From Alphaproteobacteria bacterium (lineage in GTDB: Bacteria > Pseudomonadota > Alphaproteobacteria > JAUHZY01): DNA of 64,000 bases. Of this stretch, positions 31,059 through 41,281 are shown in pieces. The translations under genes and the position numbers were made by a program. The stretch spans positions 1,542,834-1,606,833 of the forward strand of contig JAUHZY010000001.1 of NCBI GenBank assembly GCA_030425825.1, given 5' to 3'. The first letter of the stretch is position 1. Every line of letters begins with the position of its first letter. The notes beneath the pieces are model-generated. The model saw only the letters and a program-made list of their open reading frames with translations, was not told the origin of the DNA and searched no databases.

Positions 31059-31304
31059 AGCTGTCCCCTTTTTATTTTTATGCTTTTTTGCAAAAACGGT
31101 GAAACTGTTTGAATAGAATTCAGACGCATGTTTGCAATCAAGCAAATGTAAATAAATACAATAATTACAAAATTTTAGATAAGATTATGGTATTACACCC
31201 CAAGGGGAGGAGGTGTGATTTTATAGATCGAAATATGGAATAATTTTACTTTAATCATAACAAGTTCAGTCTAATGAGCAGTGTATCCATTGTCAATATT
31301 TTAT

Positions 31305-32669
31305 TTATCTGATTTTTCTTTTTGCTGCTTTAATACCGTCTTTTTCAGCTCTTTTTTTTGCTTTGATGTTTTTAGCTTTTCCTTCAAAAGTCTTTTGTTC
31401 AGCGCGCGCAACGACCATATCATCTTCTTCAACATTTTTTGTGATCACGCTGCCTGCACCAATAATGGCACCATCTTTGATATTAACAGGTGCAATAAGC
31501 GAGCTGTTGGATCCTACAAAAACGTCTTCACCAATTTTTGTTTGTGATTTAAGAAAACCATCATAATTACATGTGATTGTTCCTGCACCAATGTTGCTGC
31601 CTGTACCAATGAAGGCATCGCCTAGATAACTTAGATGCGACGCGCTAACATTTTCATCCAGTTTTGCATTTTTCAGTTCGACAAAGTTGCCTATCTTTGT
31701 GTTGTCCCCCAAGCTTGTCCCAGGTCGAATGCGTGCGTGTGGACCAATAACACAGTTTTTGCCAATTTTAGCGCCACGTAGATTACTGAAAGAACGAATA
31801 TGTGAGGTGTCGCCGATTTCTACTTTTGGGCCAAAAACAACGAAAGGATCAATGATGACATCACGTCCAAACTTTGTATCCTTGCACAAGTAAACAGTGT
31901 CTGGATCTGTCATTGTAACGCCTTTGACCAAAGCAGCTTCGCGAAGATTGTTTTGCATAATTTTTTCAGCACGTGCTAATTCAAGGCGATCATTCACACC
32001 AAGAAGTTCTTGCTCGTCTGCATCACTGTAATGACAGGGAAGGCTTTGTTTGTTAAAGACTTCAACCAAGTCCGTTAGGTAGTATTCACCTGCTGCATTA
32101 TTAGTTTTTAGTTTTTTCAGGCCTTCTTTTAGTGCCACGGTTTCCATCAACATAACACCCGAGTTACAAAGTGATATTTTTTTCTCAGCAGGCGTTGCGT
32201 CTTTGAATTCTGTGATTTTTCTTAGGACATTTTTTTCCTCTGTAATCAGTCTTCCGTATTGCTTAGGGTCAAAAGCATCAAACCCCAAGACGGAGAGAGA
32301 AGACTTATTTTCGAGGTGATTCTTTATAAGCTTCTTCAGTGTTTTTGAAGAGATAAAAGGTGTATCCCCATAAAGAACAAGTACATTTTTGCCAACACCC
32401 TTAATACCTTCAAGGCCTGATTTTACAGCATGCCCTGTGCCAAGGGCTTTATCCTGAACGACACACTTATATGGCCTTACTTCCTTATCAAATGCCTCAG
32501 CATGTGGTGAACGAACAATAAAAATATTTTTTGGCTTCAGGCTTTCGGCTGTATCAATCACATGGCGAATCATTGACTGACCTGCAATCTTATGAAGTGG
32601 TTTAGGTATATCAGACTTCATTCGTGATGAGTTGCCTGCTGCTAAAATCAAAACGGTAAGTGAAGACAT
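31305..32669 (-). CDS. glmU: bifunctional UDP-N-acetylglucosamine pyrophosphorylase / glucosamine-1-phosphate N-acetyltransferase
   Basis: LILAAGNSSRMKS nucleotidyltransferase motif, C-terminal LbH acetyltransferase repeats; start at MSSLTVLIL; Lys-rich C-terminal tail. Confidence 0.88.
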   Translation of the reverse strand: MSSLTVLILAAGNSSRMKSDIPKPLHKIAGQSMIRHVIDTAESLKPKNIFIVRSPHAEAFDKEVRPYKCVVQDKALGTGHAVKSGLEGIKGVGKNVLVLYGDTPFISSKTLKKLIKNHLENKSSLSVLGFDAFDPKQYGRLITEEKNVLRKITEFKDATPAEKKISLCNSGVMLMETVALKEGLKKLKTNNAAGEYYLTDLVEVFNKQSLPCHYSDADEQELLGVNDRLELARAEKIMQNNLREAALVKGVTMTDPDTVYLCKDTKFGRDVIIDPFVVFGPKVEIGDTSHIRSFSNLRGAKIGKNCVIGPHARIRPGTSLGDNTKIGNFVELKNAKLDENVSASHLSYLGDAFIGTGSNIGAGTITCNYDGFLKSQTKIGEDVFVGSNSSLIAPVNIKDGAIIGAGSVITKNVEEDDMVVARAEQKTFEGKAKNIKAKKRAEKDGIKAAKRKIR

Positions 32670-32673
32670 AAAA

Positions 32674-33498
32674 TTAACCTTCTCGGTATTTGTTTTTAGG
32701 ATAACACCCAAGGATCTTAACATTGTTCACAAAAAAACCAAGTTCTTCTAATGCCAGTTTCATGGCGGGCGCATCCTTGTGCATTTCTGCTTCAATGTAG
32801 AATTTAGCGCTTGAGAAGCGATCATCTGCACCGAGGTAACTTTCAATTTTTGTTAGGTTAATACCATTTGTCGCAAATCCACCCAAGGCTTTGTACAAAG
32901 CAGCAGGAACAGAGCGTAGTTCGAAAAAAAGTGTTGTGACTGCCTCGGTTTCCAGTGGTATATCCTGGTCTTTGCCTGATAATACAATAAAGCGTGTTAC
33001 GTTATTTGACTTGTCTTCAAAGTGATCTTCCAACACTTGTAAGTCATAAAGGTCAGCACATAATGACGACGCAATAGCGCCACGTGTTAGGTCATTTTTT
33101 ACAGACTCTGCCGCGCTTGAAGTGCTGGTCGTTGCAATAGGCGTCATTTTTGCATTTTTTATATTATTGCGGCACTGTGCCAGAGCTTGTGGATGCGACA
33201 ATACCTCTTTAAGATTCTTCTTTTCAGTAGCTTTTGATCCCAGTAAGCAATGATGAATAGGTTGAAAGTGTTCATCAATAATAAATAAGTCTGATGTTGG
33301 CAGCAGCTCATGCACATCTGCAACGCGTCCTGCTGATGAATTTTCGATAGGGATCATGGCAAGATCTGTTATACCTGATTTTACAGCATCAAATGCATCA
33401 GCAAAAGACCCACAAGGAACAGCCTCACTGTCAGGGTATTTTGCAAGGATTGCAAGTTCAGCATACGCGCCCTTATGTCCATTAAATGCGATTTTCAT
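32674..33498 (-). CDS. pheA: prephenate dehydratase
   Basis: PDT domain plus C-terminal ACT domain (ESRP-like region TRFIVL). Confidence 0.85.
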   Translation of the reverse strand: MKIAFNGHKGAYAELAILAKYPDSEAVPCGSFADAFDAVKSGITDLAMIPIENSSAGRVADVHELLPTSDLFIIDEHFQPIHHCLLGSKATEKKNLKEVLSHPQALAQCRNNIKNAKMTPIATTSTSSAAESVKNDLTRGAIASSLCADLYDLQVLEDHFEDKSNNVTRFIVLSGKDQDIPLETEAVTTLFFELRSVPAALYKALGGFATNGINLTKIESYLGADDRFSSAKFYIEAEMHKDAPAMKLALEELGFFVNNVKILGCYPKNKYREG

Positions 33499-33500
33499 GA

Positions 33501-35870
33501 TTACTCCGGCAGTAAGATGTCACGTTTTCCTGCATGGTTTGCAGGGCCAATGACACCATTTTCTTCTAATTGTTCAACAAGTGTCGCAGCACGGTTGTAC
33601 CCAATACGCAACTGGCGCTGGATAAAGCTGGTCGATGCTTTGCGATGTGTGCGAATAATGTCAACAGCCTGGCCGTAAAGCTCATCTTCTTGTCCTGTTC
33701 CTGCCTCACCAAATTCGCCGCCTTCTTCTTCGTCCTTTGTCACATCTTCAATGAAAACAGGCTTTCCTTGTGCTTTGAGGAAGTTGACAATGTCTTCAAC
33801 TTCTTCATCACCAACGAATGGGCCATGCACACGTGTGATGCGTCCGCCACCTGCCATGTAAAGCATGTCACCTTTTCCAAGGAGTTGCTCTGCGCCTTGT
33901 TCACCAAGAATAGTACGACTGTCAATTTTAGAAGTAACTTGGAAGCTGATACGTGTTGGGAAGTTTGCTTTAATTGTCCCTGTAATCACATCAACAGAAG
34001 GTCTCTGTGTTGCCAGGACAACATGGATGCCGGCGGCACGTGCCATTTGTGCCAAGCGCTGAATGGCACCTTCAATATCTTTTCCTGCAACCATCATTAG
34101 GTCGGCCATTTCATCAACAATAATGACAATATAGGGCGCTTTTTTTAGCTCCATGACAACTTCTTCGTATATCGGGCCGCCAGCTCCAGGGTCGTACCCT
34201 GTCTGGACTTGCCGTGTGACGGTTTCGCCTTTTTTAATTAGGTCTTCTATTTTTTGGTTAAAACCCTCAATATTTCTGACGCCTAGCTCTGACATTAATT
34301 TATAACGATCTTCCATTTCGCGGACGGCCCATTTCAAAGCAACGACAGCCTTTTTAGGATCAGTTACAACAGGCGTCAAAAGATGTGGGATGTCTTGGTA
34401 AACTGATAACTCTAACATCTTTGGGTCAATCATAATCAAGCGGCATTCTTCAGGTGTAAGCTTGTATAACAATGACAAAATCATTGTGTTGACGGCGACA
34501 GACTTACCCGATCCCGTTGTTCCTGCAATTAATAAATGCGGCATCTTTGCTAAGTCAACAACCATAGACGAACCGCCAATGTCTTTTCCAAGGATTAAGG
34601 GAAGTTTATCATCTGAATTGTTATATGCTTTGCCTTCCACGACTTCACGTAAGTAAACCATTTCACGCTTTTCATTCGGAATCTCAATGCCCAGCGCGCT
34701 GTGTCCAGGAATAACAGCAACACGAACTGATAATGCACTCATAGAGCGTGCGATGTCCTCAGCAAGTGATATGACCTTAGCAGATTTTGTTCCAGGCGCA
34801 GGATCAAACTCATAGAGTGTTACAACAGGTCCAGGACGAATTGATTTAACTTCTCCCTCAACACCAAAGTTCTGGAGAACTTCTTTTAGTTGTGCTGCCA
34901 TGCGTTGCTTTTCAGACTCGCTGATTTGGTTTTTCTGTGTCATATCCGCAGGCGTTAGAAGATCAGAGCTAGGAAATTGATAATCGCCAGACGATTTTGG
35001 TGTTGGTGCTACTTTCTTGTTAGGCATTTTTTTTGTAACCGGTTTTGGTTGTTCAAAAACAGGTGTACGTGTTGCAGCAGGAGGCGGTGTATATTTTTCT
35101 TCCTCAACCACATCAGAGGAAGGTTTGAAAATATTTATGGTTTCCATATCAATGCGTGGTTTTTTCAAGTTAATGGAGGAGAGGGATCGACCCGTATACC
35201 TTAAAGACCAGCGCGCAAAACCTTTCAAAATGTTCCTGACAATTTTCAAGAATCGGTATACATGCAATGTCAATTTTAACCAATCTTCTCGTGAAAGGCT
35301 TGAACAATAAATAAAAACAAGACCTGCTATGATGGTCAAAGCAATGGCAAAACCAGTCAAGACCTTTCCAGATACATAGGGTGTTGCTAGTCGGAAAGTG
35401 ACCTCGGCAAGGGCGCCTGTTTGGGCAAGATGTCCTATTTGAGGTTGAAGAGCAAAGTTTTGTGCAAGAGAAAAAAGAAAAATAACAAGAACAGATAGGG
35501 CACATTTTAAGATAAAGCGTGGCAAGTGATGGTATTTATAAACGCGGTACCCCCAAAGCAGAATTGTCACCCCCAGAAACAAAGAAGAGTATCCGAAGTT
35601 TTGAACCAATAAATCAGAAATATATGCGCCGCCACTGCCAAAAATATTCGCTGTTTCAGTATTCCCCACGGCGTTCGCTGAGGGGTCAAGGGGGCTATAA
35701 CTAAGAATGCTAAGGGAAATAAATGCACCAATCCCTAAAAGAATAAATGATACAATTTGATAAAACTGTTTACGTATAAAAACCTTAATTGAGTCAGGTA
35801 AGAGTTTCTGCGATTTTTTGGCCAAAATAAAGCACCTTATTTCATTGATTTTCTTTATCGTAAAGCTCAT
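33501..35870 (-). CDS. ftsK: DNA translocase FtsK
   Basis: N-terminal 4-TM domain, Pro-rich linker, RecA-like motor (GTTGSGKSV), C-terminal gamma wHTH; start placed at MSFTIKK to avoid overlap with divergent ubiH-family gene (uncertain). Confidence 0.88.
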   Translation of the reverse strand: MSFTIKKINEIRCFILAKKSQKLLPDSIKVFIRKQFYQIVSFILLGIGAFISLSILSYSPLDPSANAVGNTETANIFGSGGAYISDLLVQNFGYSSLFLGVTILLWGYRVYKYHHLPRFILKCALSVLVIFLFSLAQNFALQPQIGHLAQTGALAEVTFRLATPYVSGKVLTGFAIALTIIAGLVFIYCSSLSREDWLKLTLHVYRFLKIVRNILKGFARWSLRYTGRSLSSINLKKPRIDMETINIFKPSSDVVEEEKYTPPPAATRTPVFEQPKPVTKKMPNKKVAPTPKSSGDYQFPSSDLLTPADMTQKNQISESEKQRMAAQLKEVLQNFGVEGEVKSIRPGPVVTLYEFDPAPGTKSAKVISLAEDIARSMSALSVRVAVIPGHSALGIEIPNEKREMVYLREVVEGKAYNNSDDKLPLILGKDIGGSSMVVDLAKMPHLLIAGTTGSGKSVAVNTMILSLLYKLTPEECRLIMIDPKMLELSVYQDIPHLLTPVVTDPKKAVVALKWAVREMEDRYKLMSELGVRNIEGFNQKIEDLIKKGETVTRQVQTGYDPGAGGPIYEEVVMELKKAPYIVIIVDEMADLMMVAGKDIEGAIQRLAQMARAAGIHVVLATQRPSVDVITGTIKANFPTRISFQVTSKIDSRTILGEQGAEQLLGKGDMLYMAGGGRITRVHGPFVGDEEVEDIVNFLKAQGKPVFIEDVTKDEEEGGEFGEAGTGQEDELYGQAVDIIRTHRKASTSFIQRQLRIGYNRAATLVEQLEENGVIGPANHAGKRDILLPE

Positions 35871-35913
35871 GTTATACCTTATCAAGACTTGAGACAAAGA
35901 TTTTGGACGCAAA

Positions 35914-37125
35914 ATGAAAACATTTGACATCACAGTCATAGGAGCAGGACCAATTGGTTCACTTTGTGCAATTTTATTGGCGCAGTTGGGGCTGAAAGTT
36001 GCCATCATTGATCGCGCGCCAAAGAAAGTGCTTGAAAATCCAACACGCGATGGGCGTGGTATTGCCCTTACTTATGGATCTAAGACGGTTTTGGAAAAGC
36101 TTAATATTTGGCAGAAAATCCCAATTTCTGAAGCTGAAGACATCAAAGAAATTCGCGTATCAGATGGGGACTCTCCCTTGTTTTTGCATTTTGATGGCGC
36201 CGAGGCCGGGGACCACCCTCTTGGTTTTATTGTTGAGTCGCATTTGGTGCGTAAGTTTATTTTTAAACACCTTGTAAAACAAAAAAATATCACAGTTTTT
36301 GATAATACAACAATTGCCAACTTTGATGTTTTGCCCGCGCACGTTGAAATTGATTTAGGTCAAGAAAAACTTAAGTCAGCACTGCTGGTTGCTGCAGATG
36401 GCAGATATTCATTTGCGCGTGAGAAAATGGGTATTGAGTATATTGATCATGACTATAAACAAATGGCGATGGTGTGTAGTGTCACGCACGACAAACCACA
36501 TTTTGGTGTCGCGCATGAACGGTTCCTAACGCCAGGCCCTTTGGCCTTTTTGCCAATGACAGGTAACAAGTCATCCATTGTATGGACAGAGTCCCCGGCA
36601 AATGCTGCTGATATTATGCAGCTTTCTAATGAAAGCTTTTCAGCTTTGATGCAGAAACGCTTTGGATCACATTTAGGAAGTATTACGTTAGATGGTGGTC
36701 GATGGTCTTATCCTTTAAAAATGGTTCATGCCCGGACTTATACCAAGCAACGCTTTGCCCTTGTCGGAGACAGCGCTCATGCTGTACATCCAATTGCAGG
36801 GCAAGGGCTGAACTTGGGTTTGCGTGGTGTTTGCACGCTGGTAGAAGAGATTGAAAAGGCGCAAAAAATAGGCCTTGATATAGGGTCTTTGACACCTCTG
36901 GAGGCGTATGAGAGCCGACAAAAAACCGCTGCGATCTCAATGATTGTTGCAACGCATGGGCTGAACGCATTATTTGCAAACGACACCTTGCCTGTTAAAG
37001 TTGTGCGTGACCTTGGCCTTGCGGCGGTGAACGAAATGCCAGGCTTAAAAAATTGGTTTATGAAGCAAGCTATGGGTATTTCAACAAAGTTTTCTGGCAC
37101 GCTTCCTAAAATGATGACAAAGTAG
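35914..37125 (+). CDS. UbiH/UbiF/Coq6-family FAD-dependent ubiquinone biosynthesis hydroxylase
   Basis: GAGPIG FAD-binding fingerprint, DGxxS and GD(S/A)AH motifs. Confidence 0.8.
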   Translation: MKTFDITVIGAGPIGSLCAILLAQLGLKVAIIDRAPKKVLENPTRDGRGIALTYGSKTVLEKLNIWQKIPISEAEDIKEIRVSDGDSPLFLHFDGAEAGDHPLGFIVESHLVRKFIFKHLVKQKNITVFDNTTIANFDVLPAHVEIDLGQEKLKSALLVAADGRYSFAREKMGIEYIDHDYKQMAMVCSVTHDKPHFGVAHERFLTPGPLAFLPMTGNKSSIVWTESPANAADIMQLSNESFSALMQKRFGSHLGSITLDGGRWSYPLKMVHARTYTKQRFALVGDSAHAVHPIAGQGLNLGLRGVCTLVEEIEKAQKIGLDIGSLTPLEAYESRQKTAAISMIVATHGLNALFANDTLPVKVVRDLGLAAVNEMPGLKNWFMKQAMGISTKFSGTLPKMMTK

Positions 37126-37159
37126 TTTCCTAAGAAACTTTTAGCTGACATGTTGTGCC

Positions 37160-38317
37160 TTAGAGAGCCTTAAAGCCTTTTTCTAGGTCCTGGATTAAGT
37201 CTTGCGGATCTTCTAGACCAATGCTGAGGCGTATAACAATACGGTCTTTGGACCAACAATCAAAGGCACGCTTAGGACGATCTGGGTAAATGAGACTTTC
37301 GTAAGCTCCCCAACAATGGCCCAAGTGGAAAATGTCGAGTGTATCGACAAACTTCGCGATTTTTTCTTCTGTATAATCTTTTTTCAGGACAAAACTGAAT
37401 AGCGCGCTGCATCCATTGAAGTCACGCTGCCACAGGGTGTGTTGCGGATGGTCTGGGTCCATCGGGCAAGAAATGTAATCTACGGCATCTTGTGTTTTTA
37501 AGTAATTAACCACCTGTAAGGCATTTTCTTGTTGTTGTTTGAGGCGTAGTTCCACCGTCCGAAGACCGCGTAGCACAAGGTAAGCATCATCTGGTGATGT
37601 ACACATGCCCATATGTGTATACATTTGATGGATTTTATCACGTACCTCTTCATTGCCTGCAGTAATCGCACCGTACATAACATCAGAGTGCCCTGACATA
37701 TATTTGGTGAGAGACTGAACGGCCACATCTGCGCCTAATTTTAAAGTCTGCATCAATATAGGGCTTGCCCAACTGCCATCTGCTAAAACCAGAACGTTGT
37801 TTGCATGTGCTGCTTTTGCAATGGCAGGAATATCTTGTAGATCAAACGTGAAAGAGCCAGGAGACTCAACATGAACAAAGCGCGTATTTTCTTTAAAGTA
37901 ACGAGATATTTCTCCACCAATTGTGGGTGGATAAAAATCAACCTCTATACCAAATTGAGGTAAGGTATTTTCGTAAAAATCACGTGCTGGACCATAAGCG
38001 TGATCTGTGACAAGGATGTGGTCACCCGCTGCGCAAAGAGCAAGAGAAGCGGTTGATATGGCACTCATGCCTGAAGGGGTAACGCGTGTATAGATCCCTT
38101 CTTCTAATTGACAAATAACATCTTCAACTTCACGAATAATTGATGTGCCACGCCTTGCGTAATCCAATGAAGGATAGGGGTTATGGTGTGACTGCTTGAA
38201 ATCTTCATAGTTATCAAAAAGGATTGTTGATCCGCGTGTGATAGGTGGATTGACTAGGTGCACCTTTGCTGCAGATGTACGTCCCAGTGTGGCAAGTTTT
38301 GTTGAGAGTTTAGTCAT
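37160..38317 (-). CDS. metC: cystathionine beta-lyase (PLP-dependent)
   Basis: Cys/Met-metabolism PLP family; strong C-terminal similarity to MetC (RDFNGCSALFSFVLKK...IRLSIGLED). Confidence 0.8.
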   Translation of the reverse strand: MTKLSTKLATLGRTSAAKVHLVNPPITRGSTILFDNYEDFKQSHHNPYPSLDYARRGTSIIREVEDVICQLEEGIYTRVTPSGMSAISTASLALCAAGDHILVTDHAYGPARDFYENTLPQFGIEVDFYPPTIGGEISRYFKENTRFVHVESPGSFTFDLQDIPAIAKAAHANNVLVLADGSWASPILMQTLKLGADVAVQSLTKYMSGHSDVMYGAITAGNEEVRDKIHQMYTHMGMCTSPDDAYLVLRGLRTVELRLKQQQENALQVVNYLKTQDAVDYISCPMDPDHPQHTLWQRDFNGCSALFSFVLKKDYTEEKIAKFVDTLDIFHLGHCWGAYESLIYPDRPKRAFDCWSKDRIVIRLSIGLEDPQDLIQDLEKGFKAL

Positions 38318-38341
38318 TTGCTGGTCCTCTCAAAGTTTTCT

Positions 38342-39106
38342 TTAAGAAAGGGTGCAAATAACGGGTGTGTGATCAGAAGGTTTTTCCCAAGAGCGTGGTT
38401 CTTTATCAATGGATGCTCCTTCTAATCTATCAGATAATTTCGGAGAAAGCAGGATATAGTCGATCCGTGCGCCTTCACCTCTTGCAAACTTTCCACCTCG
38501 ATAGTCCCACCAACTGTATACAGAATCAAGAGGATGTAGGATGCGATAGCTATCGACAAACCCTGTGTTAAGGATTTCGCGCAACACAAAGCGAACATCT
38601 TTGTGGTAAAGTGTGTTGTTTTGGTTTTCTTCACCGCCATAAATATCCAGTGCATAAGGCGCGATATTATAATCCCCTCCGATCGCGTATGGAATTTCAC
38701 GCTTCTTAATTTCTTCCAAATATATTTTTAGCGCTGCTAAGAAACTTTTTTTATAAACATATTTTTCGTCTTCTGGATCTGATCCGTTGGGAACGTAAAT
38801 AGAAGCAACTTGAATGCCATCAATTGTGGCTTCGATATAACGTGCTTGTTCATCCTCAAACCCTGGAAGTCCTTTGATAATGTTGGAAGGTTCTTTCTTG
38901 CTTAGGATTGCTACGCCATTATATGTTTTTTGACCATAAACGCTGCAATGATAACCAAGTGCCTCTAGTTCTAAAAATGGAAAGTTTTCTTCTGTGCCTT
39001 TCAGTTCTTGGAAAAGCATGACATCTGGGTCATTTTTTTTAAGATAAGCGATGACGTGATCAAGGCGCGACTTAATTGAGTTTAAATTCCAGGTAACAAT
39101 TCTCAT
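38342..39106 (-). CDS. xthA: exodeoxyribonuclease III
   Basis: EEP nuclease family (MRIVTWNLNS..., LFQELK, SDHTPV). Confidence 0.9.
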   Translation of the reverse strand: MRIVTWNLNSIKSRLDHVIAYLKKNDPDVMLFQELKGTEENFPFLELEALGYHCSVYGQKTYNGVAILSKKEPSNIIKGLPGFEDEQARYIEATIDGIQVASIYVPNGSDPEDEKYVYKKSFLAALKIYLEEIKKREIPYAIGGDYNIAPYALDIYGGEENQNNTLYHKDVRFVLREILNTGFVDSYRILHPLDSVYSWWDYRGGKFARGEGARIDYILLSPKLSDRLEGASIDKEPRSWEKPSDHTPVICTLS

Positions 39107-39438
39107 ACTGCAAAAGAACTCCCGCAGCCGCATGAAGATGAGGCGTTAGGGTTTTCAACAATAAACTGTTTTGTCGTTAGGTTTTCAATAAAGTTGAGTT
39201 GCGACCCTCCGAGAAGATCAAGGGATGTTTCATCAATCACAACAACGGCACCATCTTTTTCAAAAACATGATCATCACTGTTTTTTGTTGTGTCAAAATC
39301 CATATTATATTGAAACCCAGAGCAACCACCACCAAGGATAGAAAGGCGTAGCATAGAAGTTGGATCAAGCTTATCTATTTCAATAATTTCTTTGAGGCGT
39401 TTTGATGCTGCCTCGGTAATGTCAAAATTTTGTGTCAT
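39103..39438 (-). CDS. erpA: iron-sulfur cluster insertion protein (A-type carrier, ErpA/IscA)
   Basis: 111 aa; conserved Cys in GGGCSGFQY and C-terminal CGCGSSF. Confidence 0.85.
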   Translation of the reverse strand: MTQNFDITEAASKRLKEIIEIDKLDPTSMLRLSILGGGCSGFQYNMDFDTTKNSDDHVFEKDGAVVVIDETSLDLLGGSQLNFIENLTTKQFIVENPNASSSCGCGSSFAV

Positions 39439-39447
39439 TTTTAGGCC

Positions 39448-40431
39448 TTAAAACTCTTCTTTAAAAGGGCGCGCAAGCAATGCAGACATCGCCTCTTTGA
39501 TAGATACATTATTATATAATACATTATAAACAGATTCACAGATAGGTACGCTAATATTTTTCTCTTTTGCGATTTCGATCACAGCTTTTGTTGTTGGAAC
39601 GCCTTCCGCAACCGACTTTTGATTAAGCAGTTCTTCTCTTTTCTCGCCTTTTGCTAGGCGAATACCAAATGATGTATTGCGTGATTTCTCACTTTGACAT
39701 GTTAGCGTTAAGTCTCCTACACCTGCAAGTCCCATAAAGGTTTCAGGTTGCGCGCCAAGCGCTTCACCAAAACGTTTTATTTCTATAAGGCCTCGGCTTA
39801 AAAGCGCTGCGCGTGCGTTTTGTCCCAGTTCCAGGCCTGTTACAATTCCCGAGGCGATTGCCATAATGTTTTTAAGGGCGCCACAAACTTCTACGCCAAT
39901 AATATCGTTAGAAAGGTATGGTCGCAAAGACTGATGCCCAATCATTTGAGTGATTTCGCTGCCCAGTTGGTCATTCTCACAAGCAAGTGCTGTGGCTGTC
40001 GGTAGTCCTGCCGCAATTTCATGTGCAAAATTAGGGCCGGAAAGAATAGCTATTTTCTCAAAGTCATATTCATGTTTGAAAATATTACACAAAAAGTCTT
40101 TTTTGTTTTTCTCGATTCCTTTTGAACAGATCACAATAGGAACATTACGTGGAAGGTCTTTTAACTTATCTTTGAGCGCTGTAAGCGAATGTTGAACAGG
40201 AATAACCCAGAAAAAACAGTCAATATTTTCTGGTATACTTGTAGAAATGTTTAAAGTGTTTGGCAGTAAGGTGCCTGGAAGATAGGTGGTGTTCTCTCTA
40301 GATGATCTCAATGTTTCAGCGACATTTTTGTCGCGACACCAAAGTGTTACATCTGTTTTATCTAAACGACAAAAAGAGACAGCTAAAGCTGTCCCAAAGC
40401 TACCAGATCCTAGAACACAAAGATGTTTCAT
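39448..40431 (-). CDS. gpsA: NAD(P)H-dependent glycerol-3-phosphate dehydrogenase
   Basis: GSGSFGTALA Rossmann motif, GpsA catalytic domain. Confidence 0.9.
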   Translation of the reverse strand: MKHLCVLGSGSFGTALAVSFCRLDKTDVTLWCRDKNVAETLRSSRENTTYLPGTLLPNTLNISTSIPENIDCFFWVIPVQHSLTALKDKLKDLPRNVPIVICSKGIEKNKKDFLCNIFKHEYDFEKIAILSGPNFAHEIAAGLPTATALACENDQLGSEITQMIGHQSLRPYLSNDIIGVEVCGALKNIMAIASGIVTGLELGQNARAALLSRGLIEIKRFGEALGAQPETFMGLAGVGDLTLTCQSEKSRNTSFGIRLAKGEKREELLNQKSVAEGVPTTKAVIEIAKEKNISVPICESVYNVLYNNVSIKEAMSALLARPFKEEF

Positions 40432-40437
40432 GAAACA

Positions 40438-40776
40438 TTAAGCAGATGTCGATAATTCAACAGTTTTTGGCTTGAATGTTAGGATCGTGCCACTGTTGTT
40501 TTTCATTTCTTCCGATGCGTTAGAATTTGCAGGACGCAAAACAGAAGGAGAAATCTTTGACATATATTTTGTTTCGTCAGAAAGTGGTGTAATTTCTTTT
40601 GGCAAAGAGTGACGGATAACACCATCATCTGTGCTTTCTGGAATTTGGCTGACAAGTTGATCAACGATATCCTTCATATTAACAATAGACGAAAGAAATC
40701 CTTTAAAGTCAGGTGTTTTTTTATCCATTTTTTTACCTCTCAAGTTTATTAGGGCACCAGTTTTATTTGTTTTCAT
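40438..40776 (-). CDS. hypothetical small protein (about 96-112 aa), no recognisable domain
   Basis: ORF immediately upstream of gpsA on the same strand; possible start at MDKKTPDF. Confidence 0.35.
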   Translation of the reverse strand: MKTNKTGALINLRGKKMDKKTPDFKGFLSSIVNMKDIVDQLVSQIPESTDDGVIRHSLPKEITPLSDETKYMSKISPSVLRPANSNASEEMKNNSGTILTFKPKTVELSTSA

Positions 40777-40873
40777 TCTGGTGGAAAAACCTTATTTTGC
40801 AAGGTTTTCAGGCCCAACCATGGCGGTATTGTATCACAAAATGAAGGATCCCACAATGGGGAATAAAAAAACA

Positions 40874-41233
40874 CTATTTTGCACGTATTGGTCCTATTTT
40901 CTCACCAGCCAGAATGTGAAGGTGAAGATGTGGAACCTCCTGGCCGCCGTTCTCACCAACATTGCTGACGATGCGGAAGCCTTCTTTTTCAATATTTAAT
41001 TGCTGCGCGATTTCGCCGACGGCCTTCATCAAGCTGACAATATCTTTCTCATTTCCAGTGTGGGCAAAGTCAACAGCAGAAACATAAGGATTTTTAGGGA
41101 TTACAAGAATATGAATGGGGGCTTGAGGATTGATATCTTCGAAAGCCAGAACATGCTCATTTTCGAAAACTTTTTTGCAAGGAATTTCATCATTTAGTAT
41201 TTTTGCAAAGATGTTGTTATTGTCGTAAGACAT
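40874..41233 (-). CDS. HIT-family (histidine triad) nucleotide hydrolase
   Basis: HLHLHIL histidine-triad motif. Confidence 0.85.
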   Translation of the reverse strand: MSYDNNNIFAKILNDEIPCKKVFENEHVLAFEDINPQAPIHILVIPKNPYVSAVDFAHTGNEKDIVSLMKAVGEIAQQLNIEKEGFRIVSNVGENGGQEVPHLHLHILAGEKIGPIRAK

Positions 41234-41281
41234 ACGCCATTCTCCTTTATTTTAGCATCGCAATAAACTATAACAATCATC

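Noticed and set aside
30860-31141. 93-aa minus-strand ORF overlapping the proC 5' end and upstream spacer
   Set aside because: Alternate frame of the proC start region with a TTG start, no SD, hydrophobic junk-like translation
31194-31219. GGAGGAGG motif and short palindrome (ACACCCC AAGG GGAGGAGGTGT) in the proC/glmU spacer, considered as an SD for a plus-strand gene
   Set aside because: No downstream open frame (immediate stops in all frames); probably promoter or UTR structure for proC
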